The position numbers and the translations under genes were made by a program. Below, in pieces: positions 39,440-52,059 of a DNA stretch of 64,000 nt. Origin of the DNA: Eledone cirrhosa (lineage: Eukaryota); assembly GCA_964016885.1 (NCBI GenBank), contig OZ024745.1, forward strand, positions 34,596,001-34,660,000, in the 5' to 3' direction. The notes under the pieces are model-generated. The model was not told where the DNA came from. It did no database searches and worked only from the letters and a program-made list of their open reading frames with translations. The stretch's first letter is position 1; every line of letters starts with the position of its first letter.

Positions 39440-39445
<6 letters not shown>
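38693..39445 (+). mobile_element. Non-autonomous Helitron/Helentron-like element
   Basis: Starts TACTAGCGAAACTACCCGTCCTTTGGACCG after (TA)n. Ends AAAGTTTCAAAGAAATCG...GGTTTAG...(CA)n...CTTTATATAT, the layout of HINE/DINE-type elements. Confidence 0.55.
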
Positions 39446-39479
<34 letters not shown>

Positions 39480-39714
39480 GCGTATATAAATGTATATGAA
39501 TAAATGAAAATAAAGATTATTGTTTAACGATGACAATAAGCTGTCACGTTATGTCAAGTCCATTTCCGATGTTGAAAGCTGCCAAAAAGATTGATAACAT
39601 ATCAGTTAATCATTTCGATTTAGACGTCAATGTTAATTTATGTATACATCTGTATAGAAATATTTCTATATATATGTTTAAATATATATATATATATATA
39701 TGTGTGTATATGTA

Positions 39715-39801
<87 letters not shown>

Positions 39802-39889
39802 GTATGTATGTATGTATGTATGTGTATATATATATATATATAAGCAAGTTTGCACAGGGAAAAACGAATCTGGAAGACAAGAGAACAGA

Positions 39890-39946
<57 letters not shown>

Positions 39947-40253
39947 TCAGTGAGGCTGCATGTATGTATCTTAATGTGTGTGTGTGTCTGTGTGTGTGTG
40001 TAGCTTTGATTAAGTGATCATTTCAGTAAAGATATATGTCAAGTTAAGAAAGATTACGAATAAGTTAGAGTTTTTATTTGGCTTTGACTGACACTTTTCA
40101 TTAATAACTGAGTCAATATATAATGATACTTCTGAACGTTACCAAACCAATATTGTTGGCATTTTTAAATTAAAAGTCTAACACACACATACATACAAAT
40201 ACACACATACATGCATACGTACACACATACATGCATACATAGATGTATATATG

Positions 40254-40289
<36 letters not shown>

Positions 40290-40480
40290 GTTTTGCAAGG
40301 TTTTTGATATGAAATCGTGTGTCGAAACAAATATTGTTATACTTGGGGAGGGTCATATTTGTGTAATATTGCCAGAATTAATAACAGAACACACTCACTG
40401 TTTGGTTGGTTTTCGCTTTTCGCTTCTGTGTCTTTTATATCGGTAATCTAATTTATTCGGTCCTCAATGTTCGTATAGTA

Positions 40481-40684
40481 CTATACGAACATGCCAGACA
40501 ACAACACGACGGTAACATAGACAACATAGAAATTAGAATAATATCTAAACATAGAAATGACCCAGCAGATAGGCAAATCAGAGAGGCCAGTGAAATAGAA
40601 CTTAGAAGCCCAAGGCTAAACAGAAAGAATGAATGGAATAACAACAACACCCAAACAAACAACACTGACCTAAGAGAAGTATAA
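40481..40684 (+). pseudogene. C-terminal fragment of PLE GIY-YIG endonuclease
   Basis: LYEHARQQH...IEIRIISKHRNDPADRQIREASEIELRSPRLNRKNEW fits the H...H / R.I.EA..I....P.LN pattern of Penelope endonucleases. Confidence 0.8.
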
Positions 40685-40945
40685 ATAAATAAATAGATAA
40701 ATAAATAAATAAATACATACACAAGCACAATAACAACAAACACATATAAACACACACTAGTAAAGATAGAATACATTAACCAATACACAGTCACCCAATC
40801 ACGAACACACATCAAACAAAACACTTTACACACACGCAAACGCATGCGCAAAGAAGACAAAATAAAATAAACAAATAAATAAATATATAAACAGACTAAA
40901 TAAAGATGGCGTAGAAAATACAATGCAACGGGAGGAAACAATAGC

Positions 40946-40987
40946 ACCACTGACGATGTTGCAGATGTGCAACGAAAGAACTTTGAT
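40946..40987 (+). ncRNA. Minimal type I hammerhead ribozyme
   Basis: CTGACGA (40950-40956), stem II GTTGCA/TGCAAC, GAAA-GAAC-TT, stem I ACCA/TGAT (one mismatch). Stem II covaries with the 564-606 copy. Confidence 0.75.
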
Positions 40988-41569
40988 AAACTATATATAT
41001 GTGTTTGTGTCTATATTGTATCTGTATTATTTTTTACCGTTGGTCAGTCAATGGCAACATTGAGGACCGAATAAATTAGATTACCGATATAAAAGACACA
41101 GAAGCGAAAAGCGAAAACCAACCAAACAGTGAGTGTGTTCTGTTATTAATTCTGGCAATATTACACAAATATCACCCTCCCCAAGTATAACAATATATAT
41201 ATATACATCTTTGAAACAATACGTTACAAAGCCGGGTATTTGAATTACAGGTACAATACACCCAACAGGATTCCACAGAGTTTCTGTCTACTCAATTTCA
41301 CACAAAAGTGTCGACCGCAGACAATAGTAAATTGAATTGACCAAGAGGCCACGCAGCAAGATCGATCCCAAGGTATCATGTTTACGAAAGAACATCTTAA
41401 CCACCCAGACAGGCTTGCATCTACAATATTCTCGTATGAGAGATTTTTTTATGGTGGCAGAAATAGTAATAGAAAATGTTAGTGACAAACCATTAGTATA
41501 TCTAAAAAGTATAAAGTCTGTCTCGCGCCCGGAAGTTTAGCAGGCCGTACATGCGTACATAAAGAAGAA

Positions 41570-41759
41570 GTTCTGCTGAAAAGTTCATAGGCTTACCAAG
41601 ATATTTTCATGGAATGACCAAACGAGGTTTTTCAACATAGACTCTGGGAAGAAGCAGTGCATATTGATAAGAAGAATTGAAATTAATGCATGCAAGATTT
41701 CACATCTCTAGCAACACTCTTTCATAGTCAGCCTATGAACTTTTCAGCCTTCTCTCGTA
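41570..41759. mobile_element. mariner-like MITE
   Basis: TIRs GCTGAAAAGTTCATAGGCT/AGCCTATGAACTTTTCAGC, ending CTCGTA. Second copy at 50305-50451 and a fragment at ~43300-43365. Confidence 0.75.
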
Positions 41760-41782
41760 CATACATGCCTACACATACATAC

Positions 41783-42352
41783 ATGGTGGCTGCCAACTCG
41801 TTTTCGAGTACGGCCACTACTTTATATCCATGTAGGAAAACCCCTACCGATGCGCTGAACGAGTGTGACTTTTTAGTCCAGCCAGCGACTTGAAAACTCT
41901 GGTACAAACACTACACTTGTGACAATTATTGACACACAGTGCTGGGCCCATGGTACCATGTGACGACAAGTGCAGAGAGATCTCCAGATATAAAGCAATG
42001 CCTGTGCCGTGAAGCTTTTATAGTGAGCAAAGGCACTGCACAAAGCCAGTCCCACTCTCTTAACCAAGATGATATTTACCAAAAAGAAGAACAAGTCAAC
42101 ATCATTGGATACCATCAGGCTTGCAGGTGTTATATCAGAGTTTTCCTTGTCCTAGAATTCTGCCTTGACAAAGGCTAAGGAGTCATCTCTCCCGGTGATT
42201 TTGGATGGCCATTGACTCTTAAGAGCTCCTTTGCCCTTTGACAGGTTTTGTTTTTAGTCCTGCAGGATGTCCAAAGTCACCCTCCTCACCAAGAAACCTT
42301 GGTGGGGTTGCCAGTTTAGTCGCCAACGACCCGACCACGAGACAGGTTGTAC
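41783..42352 (-). mobile_element. ~570-bp non-autonomous retroelement, copy 2
   Basis: Near-identical to copies 1 and 3. Flanked by (ACAT)n-like sequence. Confidence 0.88.
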
Positions 42353-42384
42353 ATACATACATACATACATACATACATACATAC

Positions 42385-42994
42385 ATGGTGGCTGCCAACT
42401 CGTTTTCGAGTACGGCCACTACTTTATATCCATGTAGGAAAACCCCTACCGATGCGCTGAACGAGTGTGATTTTTTAGTCCAGCCAGCGACCTGAAAACT
42501 CTGGTACAAACACTACACCTGTGACAATTATTGACACATAGTGCTGGGCCCTTGGTACGATGTGACGACAAGTGCAGAGAGATCTCCAGATATAAAGCAA
42601 TGCCTGTGCCGTGAAGCTTTTATAGTGAGCAAAGGCACTGCACAAAGCCAGTCCCACTCTCTTAACCAAGATGATATTTACCAAAAAGAAGTACAAGTCA
42701 ACATCATTGGATACCATCAAAGTTGCAGGTGTTATATCAGAGTTTTCCTTCTCCTAGAATTCTGCCTTGACAAAGGCTAAGGGGTCATCTCTCCCGGTGA
42801 TTTTGGATGGCCATTGACTCTTAAGAGCTCCTTTGCCCTTTGACAGGTTTTGTTTTTAATCCTTCAGGATGTCCAAAGTCACCCTCCTCACCAAGAAACC
42901 TTGGTGGGTTTGCCAGTTTAGTCGCCAACGACCCGACCATGAGACAGGTTGTACTGGGATACATGTTACCAGTAGCACCAACTGGTGACCTGAC
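42385..42994 (-). mobile_element. ~610-bp non-autonomous retroelement, copy 3 (longest)
   Basis: Head-to-tail with copy 2 across (ACAT)n. Extends ~42 nt further at the right end. Confidence 0.88.
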
Positions 42995-44059
42995 ATACAT
43001 ACATACATACATACATACATACATACATACATACATACATACATACATACATACATACATACATACATACGCATATACATATATACATATATGCATACAT
43101 ACGTACATACATATATTCTTTCTCTTCCTCTCTCTCTCCCTCTCTCTCGCTCACTCTCACCATATATTTCTTTTTCTTTCTCTGTGTGATATCGACTGTG
43201 ATCAAACCTGGAGAGGAATAAATACCATGAACTGGTTTAAATGACCCTAAGACACTATTAAATTTTAAGGTTTCATGGATAGACACATGCATATGTGAGG
43301 TTTTCTTCCCGGGGTCTATTTTGAAAAATAAACCTCATTTAGTCATTCCATGAAAGTATCTTAGTAGAATTTGAAACACAGCAATTCGAAATTTGGGGGC
43401 CTGCCGATTATGGAATTCTAGGTATAAAACTAACAAGTTCTTCGAGTGTTTCGTGAGTAAATGTGTTTTGAAGTTGATTTACCCTTTTGATACCAAACTG
43501 CCTAAAGCCATCTCTGGTTCTATGATACAAAGCTATTTATATTAAAGATCCCATATTTATCTAAAAACTTACCATCCTAATTTATATAAACTTGTTTATG
43601 TTCCAAACACCCGCGCAATATTTACAATGACAATTATGTTATTAAATCCTTCCAACTTCGTGATTCAATTTTGAAGGATTTGAAAATCTTAGAAATATGG
43701 TAACTAAAAGGTTAAGATTCTTTGACAAAGAACTAAAATACACGACTGATATTGTGCAAGCGATGAGGTCCTACTGGGCGTGAGTGCTCGGAAACACCAT
43801 TTTCTCTCTTAATTGTCGCCTTGTAAATGATTTGCTTCAACACTTGAAATACCTTCCGACTTTTAACAGTGGGTGATTTCTATGTATTTAACGATTGCCT
43901 CTCAGCTTTTGATATACCACTGTGTATGTTGATGTTGATGTTGTTTTTTTTTGTTTTTTTTTATTTTTGTAATGTGTACTATGAAGAGAAATATGTACAA
44001 GCTAATATAACGACCTTATTCTTTCCTTGGCTTTCACAGTAGTTAACATACTACCGGGA

Positions 44060-44335
44060 AGGCGCAGTGGTAAAGGTGTTGGACTTACGATCATAATGTC
44101 GTGAGTTCGGTTCCTGGCCCGCGTTGTGTGTTGTGTTCTTGAGCAAAATACTTCATTTTAGGTTGCTCCAGTATACTCAGTTAAAAATGAATACCAGCTT
44201 AGCTAGAGGTTTAACCCTGCGATGGACTAGCATCTTGTCAAGAGTGCGGGGTAGAGTCTTATACTCAGTCACTTCACACCACAGAAAACGGGATAGGTAC
44301 GGCCTGCTAAACTTCCGGGCTCGAGACAGATATAC
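44060..44335 (+). mobile_element. tRNA-derived CORE-like SINE
   Basis: GGCGCAGTGGTAAAGGTGTTGGACTTACGATC...GAGTTCGGTTCC...CTTGAGCAAAATACTT. Confidence 0.7.
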
Positions 44336-47300
44336 TACTGGTTTGTGAGATAGAGGTCACTAACATTTTCTATTACTATGTCTGCCACCATAAAAAAAAT
44401 CTTTCATACGAGAATATTGTAGAAGCATGTCTGGGTGGTTAAGATGTTCTTTAGTAAACATGATACCTTGGGATCGATCTTGTTGCGTGGCCTCTTGGTC
44501 AAGTCAATTTACTATTGTCTGCGGTCGACACTTTTGTGTGAAATTGAGTAGACAGAAACTCTGTGGAATCCTGTTGGGTGTATTGTACCTGTAATTCAAA
44601 TACCCGGCTTTGTCACGTAGTGTTTCAAACTAATTCTGACTGAGAATATTACATTAAGAGTACACGTGACTGTGGAATGACTATTCAATCACCTACATGT
44701 TAATTCCTGAGCCAAGCCTTCAGCTGTTCGAAAGATTATCTGATCATTTTCGCAACCGACGGAGCAGTCATCATCATATGACAATTACCACTATCATGGC
44801 TGCTTCTGTCGTTACTACTATTGCTGCCACTAATATAACTACAACAGATGCTCAAGCTTCTCTTCATCTTGTACTGCTTACCTCTTCTAATTACTACATC
44901 TACCACTAATATGGTATAGATAAATTTCTGCTCTTGGTTTCTTGCTTCCTTCTTCTCTTTCCCCCCATCGCTAACGAGATATTTAGGAATATATATATAT
45001 GTGTGTGTGTGTGTGTATGCGTGTGTGTGGGTGTGTGTGTGTATGTATATATATAAATTATTTATATTAAGTCCATGCTGTCTCTGACAGAAAGCTGACT
45101 ATTCATGTGGTTTTATATTCTCTCTACATTCGGGTTATTTCACAACTTCTCAGACAGTTTCTTCTTCTTCTTAATTACCAAATATAAGTTTCATACCATT
45201 TACACAGCGACTTCCATTCGTGGTGTTGAAGTAATTGAGTGTAATGTTAGACAATTGTCTTTGCTATTCGATAACTGTTCAACTGTTCATAGGTGCTTTT
45301 AATTTTTATCATCATCACAAGTTGTAAGTTAATGAAGAGAGTAAATATGTATTAACTATGTACTTTATCTTATATTGTCTGCATTCCAGGTTCATTAGTT
45401 CGAATCCCGCCAGCGGCATCTTTAAACGATAATATAATAAACCAGTAATGCTTCGTTTCTTGTCCATCCATTATAATGTCTAACTCTGGTGTTATCTACT
45501 AAGATAATTACTGCTTTAATGGTTTTAAAACTTAAACTGTTTCACATCTCATTACACGTCAGTAACTTCATCACACCTCCTCACACATCATTACACTTTA
45601 GTAGCTCCATCACACCTCATTACACTTCAGTAACCTACCCCAACAATTGCAGTAAATCACATGGCAGTAGTACATGCCACAACTATAAAACAGAGTTACA
45701 CCACAAAATTCAATGACACAACTACATGGCATAATAGAAACAATTTAATGACACAACAACACTACATGACATAAATCCACTATATATCTCAACTATATGT
45801 CACAACTACATATGTTCTACATAACACACAAATACACTACATCACACAGCTAAACTATATCACCCAACTACTTGACACTTATACGAACAAAATTCTATCT
45901 TTCTTGTGATTCAAGGCCCCAGGTGTATCATATATTTCTTTATCAATATATATTTACAACATGAATCAGCTTGGAGTCATGTGTGCTAAATATAATTACT
46001 TCTACTCGCGTATATATATTGTTTTATATAAAAATATTTAAAATCAAAATTTTAAAATGCATCAAAAAGTACATCAGATGAAATATCTATTAATAAAACA
46101 TTATTATATATCATTTCTTTCTTTTTGTGGTGATAAACCGTATGTTAATGTCTAACAGGAAGATTGTGAATACATTTCTAGTAAAATCAGTGGAGATACT
46201 ACATGATATCTGGTTAGTAAACGTATGTAACTGAGTGGACTCAAGTATGACTTCGCAGCAATGGGGTCTTGGGTTCGATTCTAATGCGTGATATTACAAC
46301 CTCAGAACGGCACAAGTCGTATGAGCGAAGATTTCTAGACAAAAGTTGGTTGGAAGCCCTTTGGATGGGCTGTAGCTGTAATATAAAGGACGGACATTGT
46401 TAAAAACTGTCGTGTTAAATCTTTCTGAGAACTGCGTTAAGGTTAGTGTACACATATCCGTAGAATGCTTAGCCACTTCCATGTTAATGTCAGAAGCAGA
46501 TTATTCCGTTGATCAAACAACAACACGCATCGTCGAAGACAAAAGAGTTCCATCCAAACCCATATGCGTGTCCGGGCAAGTGTATCAATATGGCTGGTCT
46601 ACGCCGCTGTCTGCTTGGTTAAGCAGATAAATGTAACTACTTGTCAATACCATGCCTCTGTTTTTATTCCAGTAATTTTACTTTCTTATTCACATCATGC
46701 ATTGTATCATAAATGTCCAAACGTTGCTTGCATAATTTATCCGAATCAAATATAATTAAGAAAAGGAAGAGACTCATCAATACTATCTAATCTTAAACCT
46801 CTTAGAATCTGAAACCTAATATATAAAGGTTTCATAATTTACATTCTGTTTATTGAATCTTCATAAATTAGATCAATTTCTGATAATAATATTAAAGTTT
46901 CGGTAGGAGTTTGGTTATATCATGTACTTCTACTTCACGAATAACGTGAGGGTAATTTTGAGGGCTATTACAGATAAATATATTTGTATAAGTAATTTGC
47001 CTTATATTATCGGAATTTTTTCAAAATATAATTACTAAATAGTAATGGAAAATGTTATTCCATTATTGACCAGACTTGTATAAACACATAAAAGGTCAAT
47101 ACACTATGATATACAAAAATAACGATGGTAGTGACAATGAAGACAATGATGGCAATAATAATGATGATGGTTTTAAGAAAGACGTGAAAGATGTCTTAGA
47201 ATTTCAATATATATATATGTTCAATACTTCCTACTATTACCGATATTTTCCAGATAAGAAAACTGAATACATTGTCAGTTTTAACTTGTTGATTCACTGC

Positions 47301-49634
47301 ATCCTTGCTGAGAGTATGATACAGTGACATTTCTTTTGTTATAACAAAGTTATGCAGTAAACATCAGTAATATATTTGATAAACTAGCTCGTCTGTTTTC
47401 CAGTTTCACCATTGTCAAGGGAAATTCTTGAACTTCTTGGAATAACAACGAAACCTTCCTCAAATTACATCTTATCGCTTTAGTAAAAGAGATGCCACAT
47501 TGGATATGCAGTGCTTGGTATATTCTCAAATGCCGTGATAATCACACATGAAATAACTTTCAACACAGATCTACTGAAACAGAGTTGATCTGGTCTATAT
47601 TTAAAGAAGAGAACAACAAGATTACCCCAACTGAAAATTAATTATTAAATCCATCTATGTTGGATTAAAGTTTAAAATTAGTCAATAATACTACATATAT
47701 GTCATAATGGAGGTGGTAAAATGGCAGAGGTTTTAGAGCGTCCGCTCGAATACTTTGCGGTATTCTTTTTGTCAACTTTACCTTTCATCCTTTCGAGGTC
47801 GATAGGTACTAGGATAGATTCGTCCACTACACCTCTTTCTCTGAAAGAAACTGGAAAGGGGTGGGCTCCGATGGGTTTATATTCCCAACATACATCTCTA
47901 TCACTCCGTCGTACATAACATATGAACATAACATATTGTAATGGTCTAAGAATTACACTGAATAATACAGCGGATACACCCATATATTTTGCTTTGAAAT
48001 GTATTCAAATCAATCTCAACAAAATCGGTTGCAGTTTGGGTGGCGGAAGGTCATGCTGTTTGTGCGATGCAGAGAGGTATTTTCAAGGTTTGAATGATAC
48101 TCTTACTGAAAAACCGATGCTATGTAACTGGCGTCCAGTTTGCAGGAGTGGGTAATGTTCTCCAAACGTTGTTTGTGGCTATGGTTCTTGGCTAAACTGC
48201 TTTAGCGCAACTATGAGGTAAATCTTTGGAAAACAGAGATATGAGATTTTGTTGTGATTGGTATTGGGGGAAGCCAGGCTAAGAGAACAGTTTCTGTAAC
48301 TTGCTGTTTCTAATAAATTAGTCGTGAAGCAGATATGCGTGTGTGGGTGTGCATGTTTTGGGGAGGGGGATAATTGGCAGAGTCGTTTGTAAGTGTTATT
48401 AAAGGCTGGCCGCGGTTTTTTTTCCGGCACTCTGCACGCTATGAGATCAAATCCCACTGAGGTCTCTTTTGCCTTTCATTTCATTTTTTCAGGGTTGATA
48501 CCTAAAGCACCAATCCATGGACGGTGGATTACTGGAATCGTTAAATGAATCAGATATGCGACAATTCTGCCAGGATTTTCGACTGACAGATAGCATCAGC
48601 AATGGAATGACTAATGGAAACATTGTTTCCTTGGTCCGATCTGACGATCCTTGCTTTTCTTTCTTTTCGTATTTTTATATAGGGAAAGAGGAGGAGCGTG
48701 TAAAAAGTGGTCTTACTCTATAGCGAGTCGATAGACATTATGTATAGATGAATGTGTGTGTGCTCTTCTACTATAATATTTCTAAGTAGTAATTAAGAGA
48801 AACATAAACATTTGTGTCAGCAGTTCTAATAGTGTTGTCATCAAAAGCTTATCTGATTACTATATCGATACATTCGCTTGAAAGAATTTACAACATCAGA
48901 TAAGACTTAAAGATAATGTGACTAGAAAGAGGATTCGATACAAACATAATATCATAAATATCCTACTTCGATTTCATAACAATTTAGTATAAATCCTACG
49001 TTGAATGAAAACTGTCTAATAATACAGACCTAGTTCTGCTATTCTGCTATTATAGAAAATGTATTTTAAACCATAATGAATTTCATCTACTTAAGGATCT
49101 TTTGCTGGAATATCTACAGTTTTCTGCTCACTGTGTTGTTTAGATGGTGGGGTTATCTGTCGATGACAGATAAATTACTTTCAATTAACGATTTCTAATC
49201 TAGGCAAAATACGGGCAATTTTGGAAGGGATATGGGGATGAAATCTACTCCAGTACTAGATTGGTATTTTATCGATCCCTGAAGGATGAAAGGCAAACTC
49301 GACCTCAGCGGGAATGAATGTAGTTCTAATTAACAAAACCAATGTTTGCTATCAACTCTTGCAAGACGGAGCACTTTCATGGGTTTGGTGTATGTCATAC
49401 AACTAGTTATTTCTATAGTTTAATGCAGTCTAAGTATACAGGGTAAATGTAAATGGACATCAGTCAGTTTTGATGACGGATGTTCCAACTGTTCGACCAA
49501 AAGAACGGTCTGCATATGAAATCATCCAGCAAATGTTTGATCATTCCACAGACACGTGTATTCTAGATTCAGTGTAGCATAATGACAAGGTGAATTACAG
49601 ATACAGTTCATCCAATGGACTTCCAAATAGTGTC

Positions 49635-49718
49635 CAAACAACATAGATAATTGTTTCTACTTTAGGCACAAGGCCAGCAATTACCCAGTGCATTACTGGT
49701 ACAAACAACATAGATAAT
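49635..49718 (-). mobile_element. 50-bp 5'-truncated family A SINE tail with 17-bp target-site duplication
   Basis: CAAACAACATAGATAAT at 49635-49651 and 49702-49718 flanks the SINE 3' end. Confidence 0.88.
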
Positions 49719-50304
49719 GAAAGGAAGAGAGGCTGGTGAAACGTATATGCCACAGTGACATGGTTTCAGCAAGCTTCAAGAATTTGTGTCATTGTAGTAA
49801 CCGTAGAAGACAGGTGTAGTTGGAGTCTATAAATCTATATAATAAACAACAGTGATATACTGAGGGTTTCAATCGATGATGTTTATCCTCTGTGAAATTA
49901 ATCGCATACAAACAAACAAAAATTGTTAATTCTCGTAAATCTTGTGTGAGCTCTGTATATTTTCTGAATTAATATTTAGAAGGAGACAGAAATCCTTCTC
50001 AGCGATGATAATGGAGTATTTTCAGCACTGACAATTCTTTCTGTAGATCTAAAATATTGATAGGCAAATCTATTGATTTCTTTCCACGTACTTTCTATAG
50101 TGTCGCCAAGATTGATCAGTTTAATAGGCAAATCTAAAGTAAGTAGCTGGTATTTTCATTTGGGTAAAAATAAATAATTGGCATAGATGGTAGAGAGCCA
50201 GACAAAAGAATTGATTCGTTTTCGTCTCTCTACTTCCCTAGTTTAAATACCGCCCTGATCAAAATTTAAATTTAACAACTAAAGTCAATACAATATGAGA
50301 GTTG

Positions 50305-50451
50305 ATTGATATTTTCATGACATGACCAAATTAGGTTTATTTTTCGACATAGTCCCTGGAAAGAAGAGTTGAAATTAATGCATGCAAGATTTCACAAATC
50401 TAGCATTACTTCTTCAGAGTCGGCCTATGAACTTTTCAGCCGACCCTCGTA
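50305..50451. mobile_element. mariner-like MITE, partial copy
   Basis: Matches 41600-41759. Ends CCTATGAACTTTTCAGCCGACCCTCGTA. Confidence 0.7.
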
Positions 50452-50698
50452 ATTAACTATAGTATTTTGAGTTTGTTCTTATAAGACACCGACCATTTTC
50501 TGAGTGGTTTATCCCATAGGGGTGGAAACATCTAGCGTCTTGGGAAACACCTTCCTAATTACTGCGGGTCGGATAGAAATGACCAATCGCAAAAACGAGG
50601 GCGGCGAGTTGGACTGAAATGTGTATCTGTGCTAGTGTGTGTGAGAGAGGGAGTGTGAGTGTATGTGTACGTGAGTGTGAGAGTGTGTATGTGTCCAT

Positions 50699-50766
<68 letters not shown>

Positions 50767-51524
50767 ATGTGTGCGTGATTGAGTGCGAGCGAGTGAGTAA
50801 GTGTGCGAGTGAGCGAGTTTGCTGGCCTCGGGCTAAACAACAGTCAGGAAGGCCACATACGATATTGTAATCTTTGATACACCAAAAACGGAAACGGAAA
50901 TTAGCTGATCGTTTTATCTGATCAAGAAATGTATGGTTGCATTAATCTTTCCATTGATGATACTATCTGCCCGTCCTAAGTCGTGACAGAAGGACTTGGG
51001 GTTTGAAACAAGAACCCACAACAGCAGATCAGATACAGCGATGCATTTCATCTCATGCTTCATTAAGTCCGCCAATCCACCCAGTCATACGTGGGTGGGT
51101 ACTTTGACGAGGAAAGGATGAAAGGCAAAATTGACCTTTTGCGAGATTCGATCTCAGAGTGCAGAGAGCCAGAGAATGTCGAAATATTTAATACGATACT
51201 CTATCTCTGTCTCGATTCTCACCTCACACTCTTTGATTAAAAGATGCAGTAGTCACGGCTATAATGCTCGATTAGAGCTGACCAAGGGCTAAATAATAAC
51301 AAAGAGAAAAATATATTTATTGCTTATTTCCTCTGTTGTTGAGACAAGGTGTTTATGGTTATATAATGTTCTGTAGACTCTGTAGAAATGGTTTTATTGA
51401 TTCCAATAATTACAAAACAAACGAAAATGAAACTAGAGAAATGTCTTAGACTTTAGATATTGCTGATTTCACTCAATCTAATTATACATTCATACGCTCG
51501 GGTGTGAATGTAGACGAGAGAGTA

Positions 51525-51565
<41 letters not shown>

Positions 51566-52059
51566 GCATGTAAACAAATACATACATGCACAGAAACACA
51601 ACGTGTGAAACAGACACATGTTTTCACCATATTGCATAGACGGCTGCACCGATAATGTTATTCCAGTACAACATAACACCTTGATAAGAAAATATAGAAA
51701 AAGTAAAAAGGTATGAGATTCATTGAATATATTCAAATGGTGTGGAGGTAGGAGTGGGGGCTACCTATGGATGATATAATATTTTTTGGAACGCTTTTAA
51801 TATCACATAGCTTAATTGTCTATCAACTAACAATGCTATTAATACTAATCGATTAATATGTTAACTAATTTTTTATTGATTATTTATCATTAAGTCTTTC
51901 TTGGCCTCGTCAGTACAAAACATTTCCTGGTAGATATATATTAGATACTAAAGTACACGCACGTGCAGTAAGCATACACAAACGCGCAGGAACATAATTA
52001 TACTCAGCTTCATTTTTTTATTAAAATATGTTCTTGTATTTCCTTTTCATGCTTACGGC

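Larger units (their letters stand above)
40289..41196 (+). mobile_element. 5'-truncated Penelope-like retroelement with inverted 3' segment
   Basis: 40331-40471 is the reverse complement of 41056-41196. Contains a GIY-YIG C-terminus and an HHR. (TA)n on both sides. Confidence 0.9.
41210..44629. repeat. Inverted duplication: 41210-41550 versus 44297-44629
   Basis: Long near-identical reverse-complement match spanning a junction between two SINE pieces and their spacer. Confidence 0.88.

Noticed and set aside
42900-42994. Complete HDV-like or twister ribozyme at the element 5' end
   Set aside because: Could not identify a P1 partner, a correct P2/P3 junction or the twister consensus. Kept only as a structured-RNA candidate.
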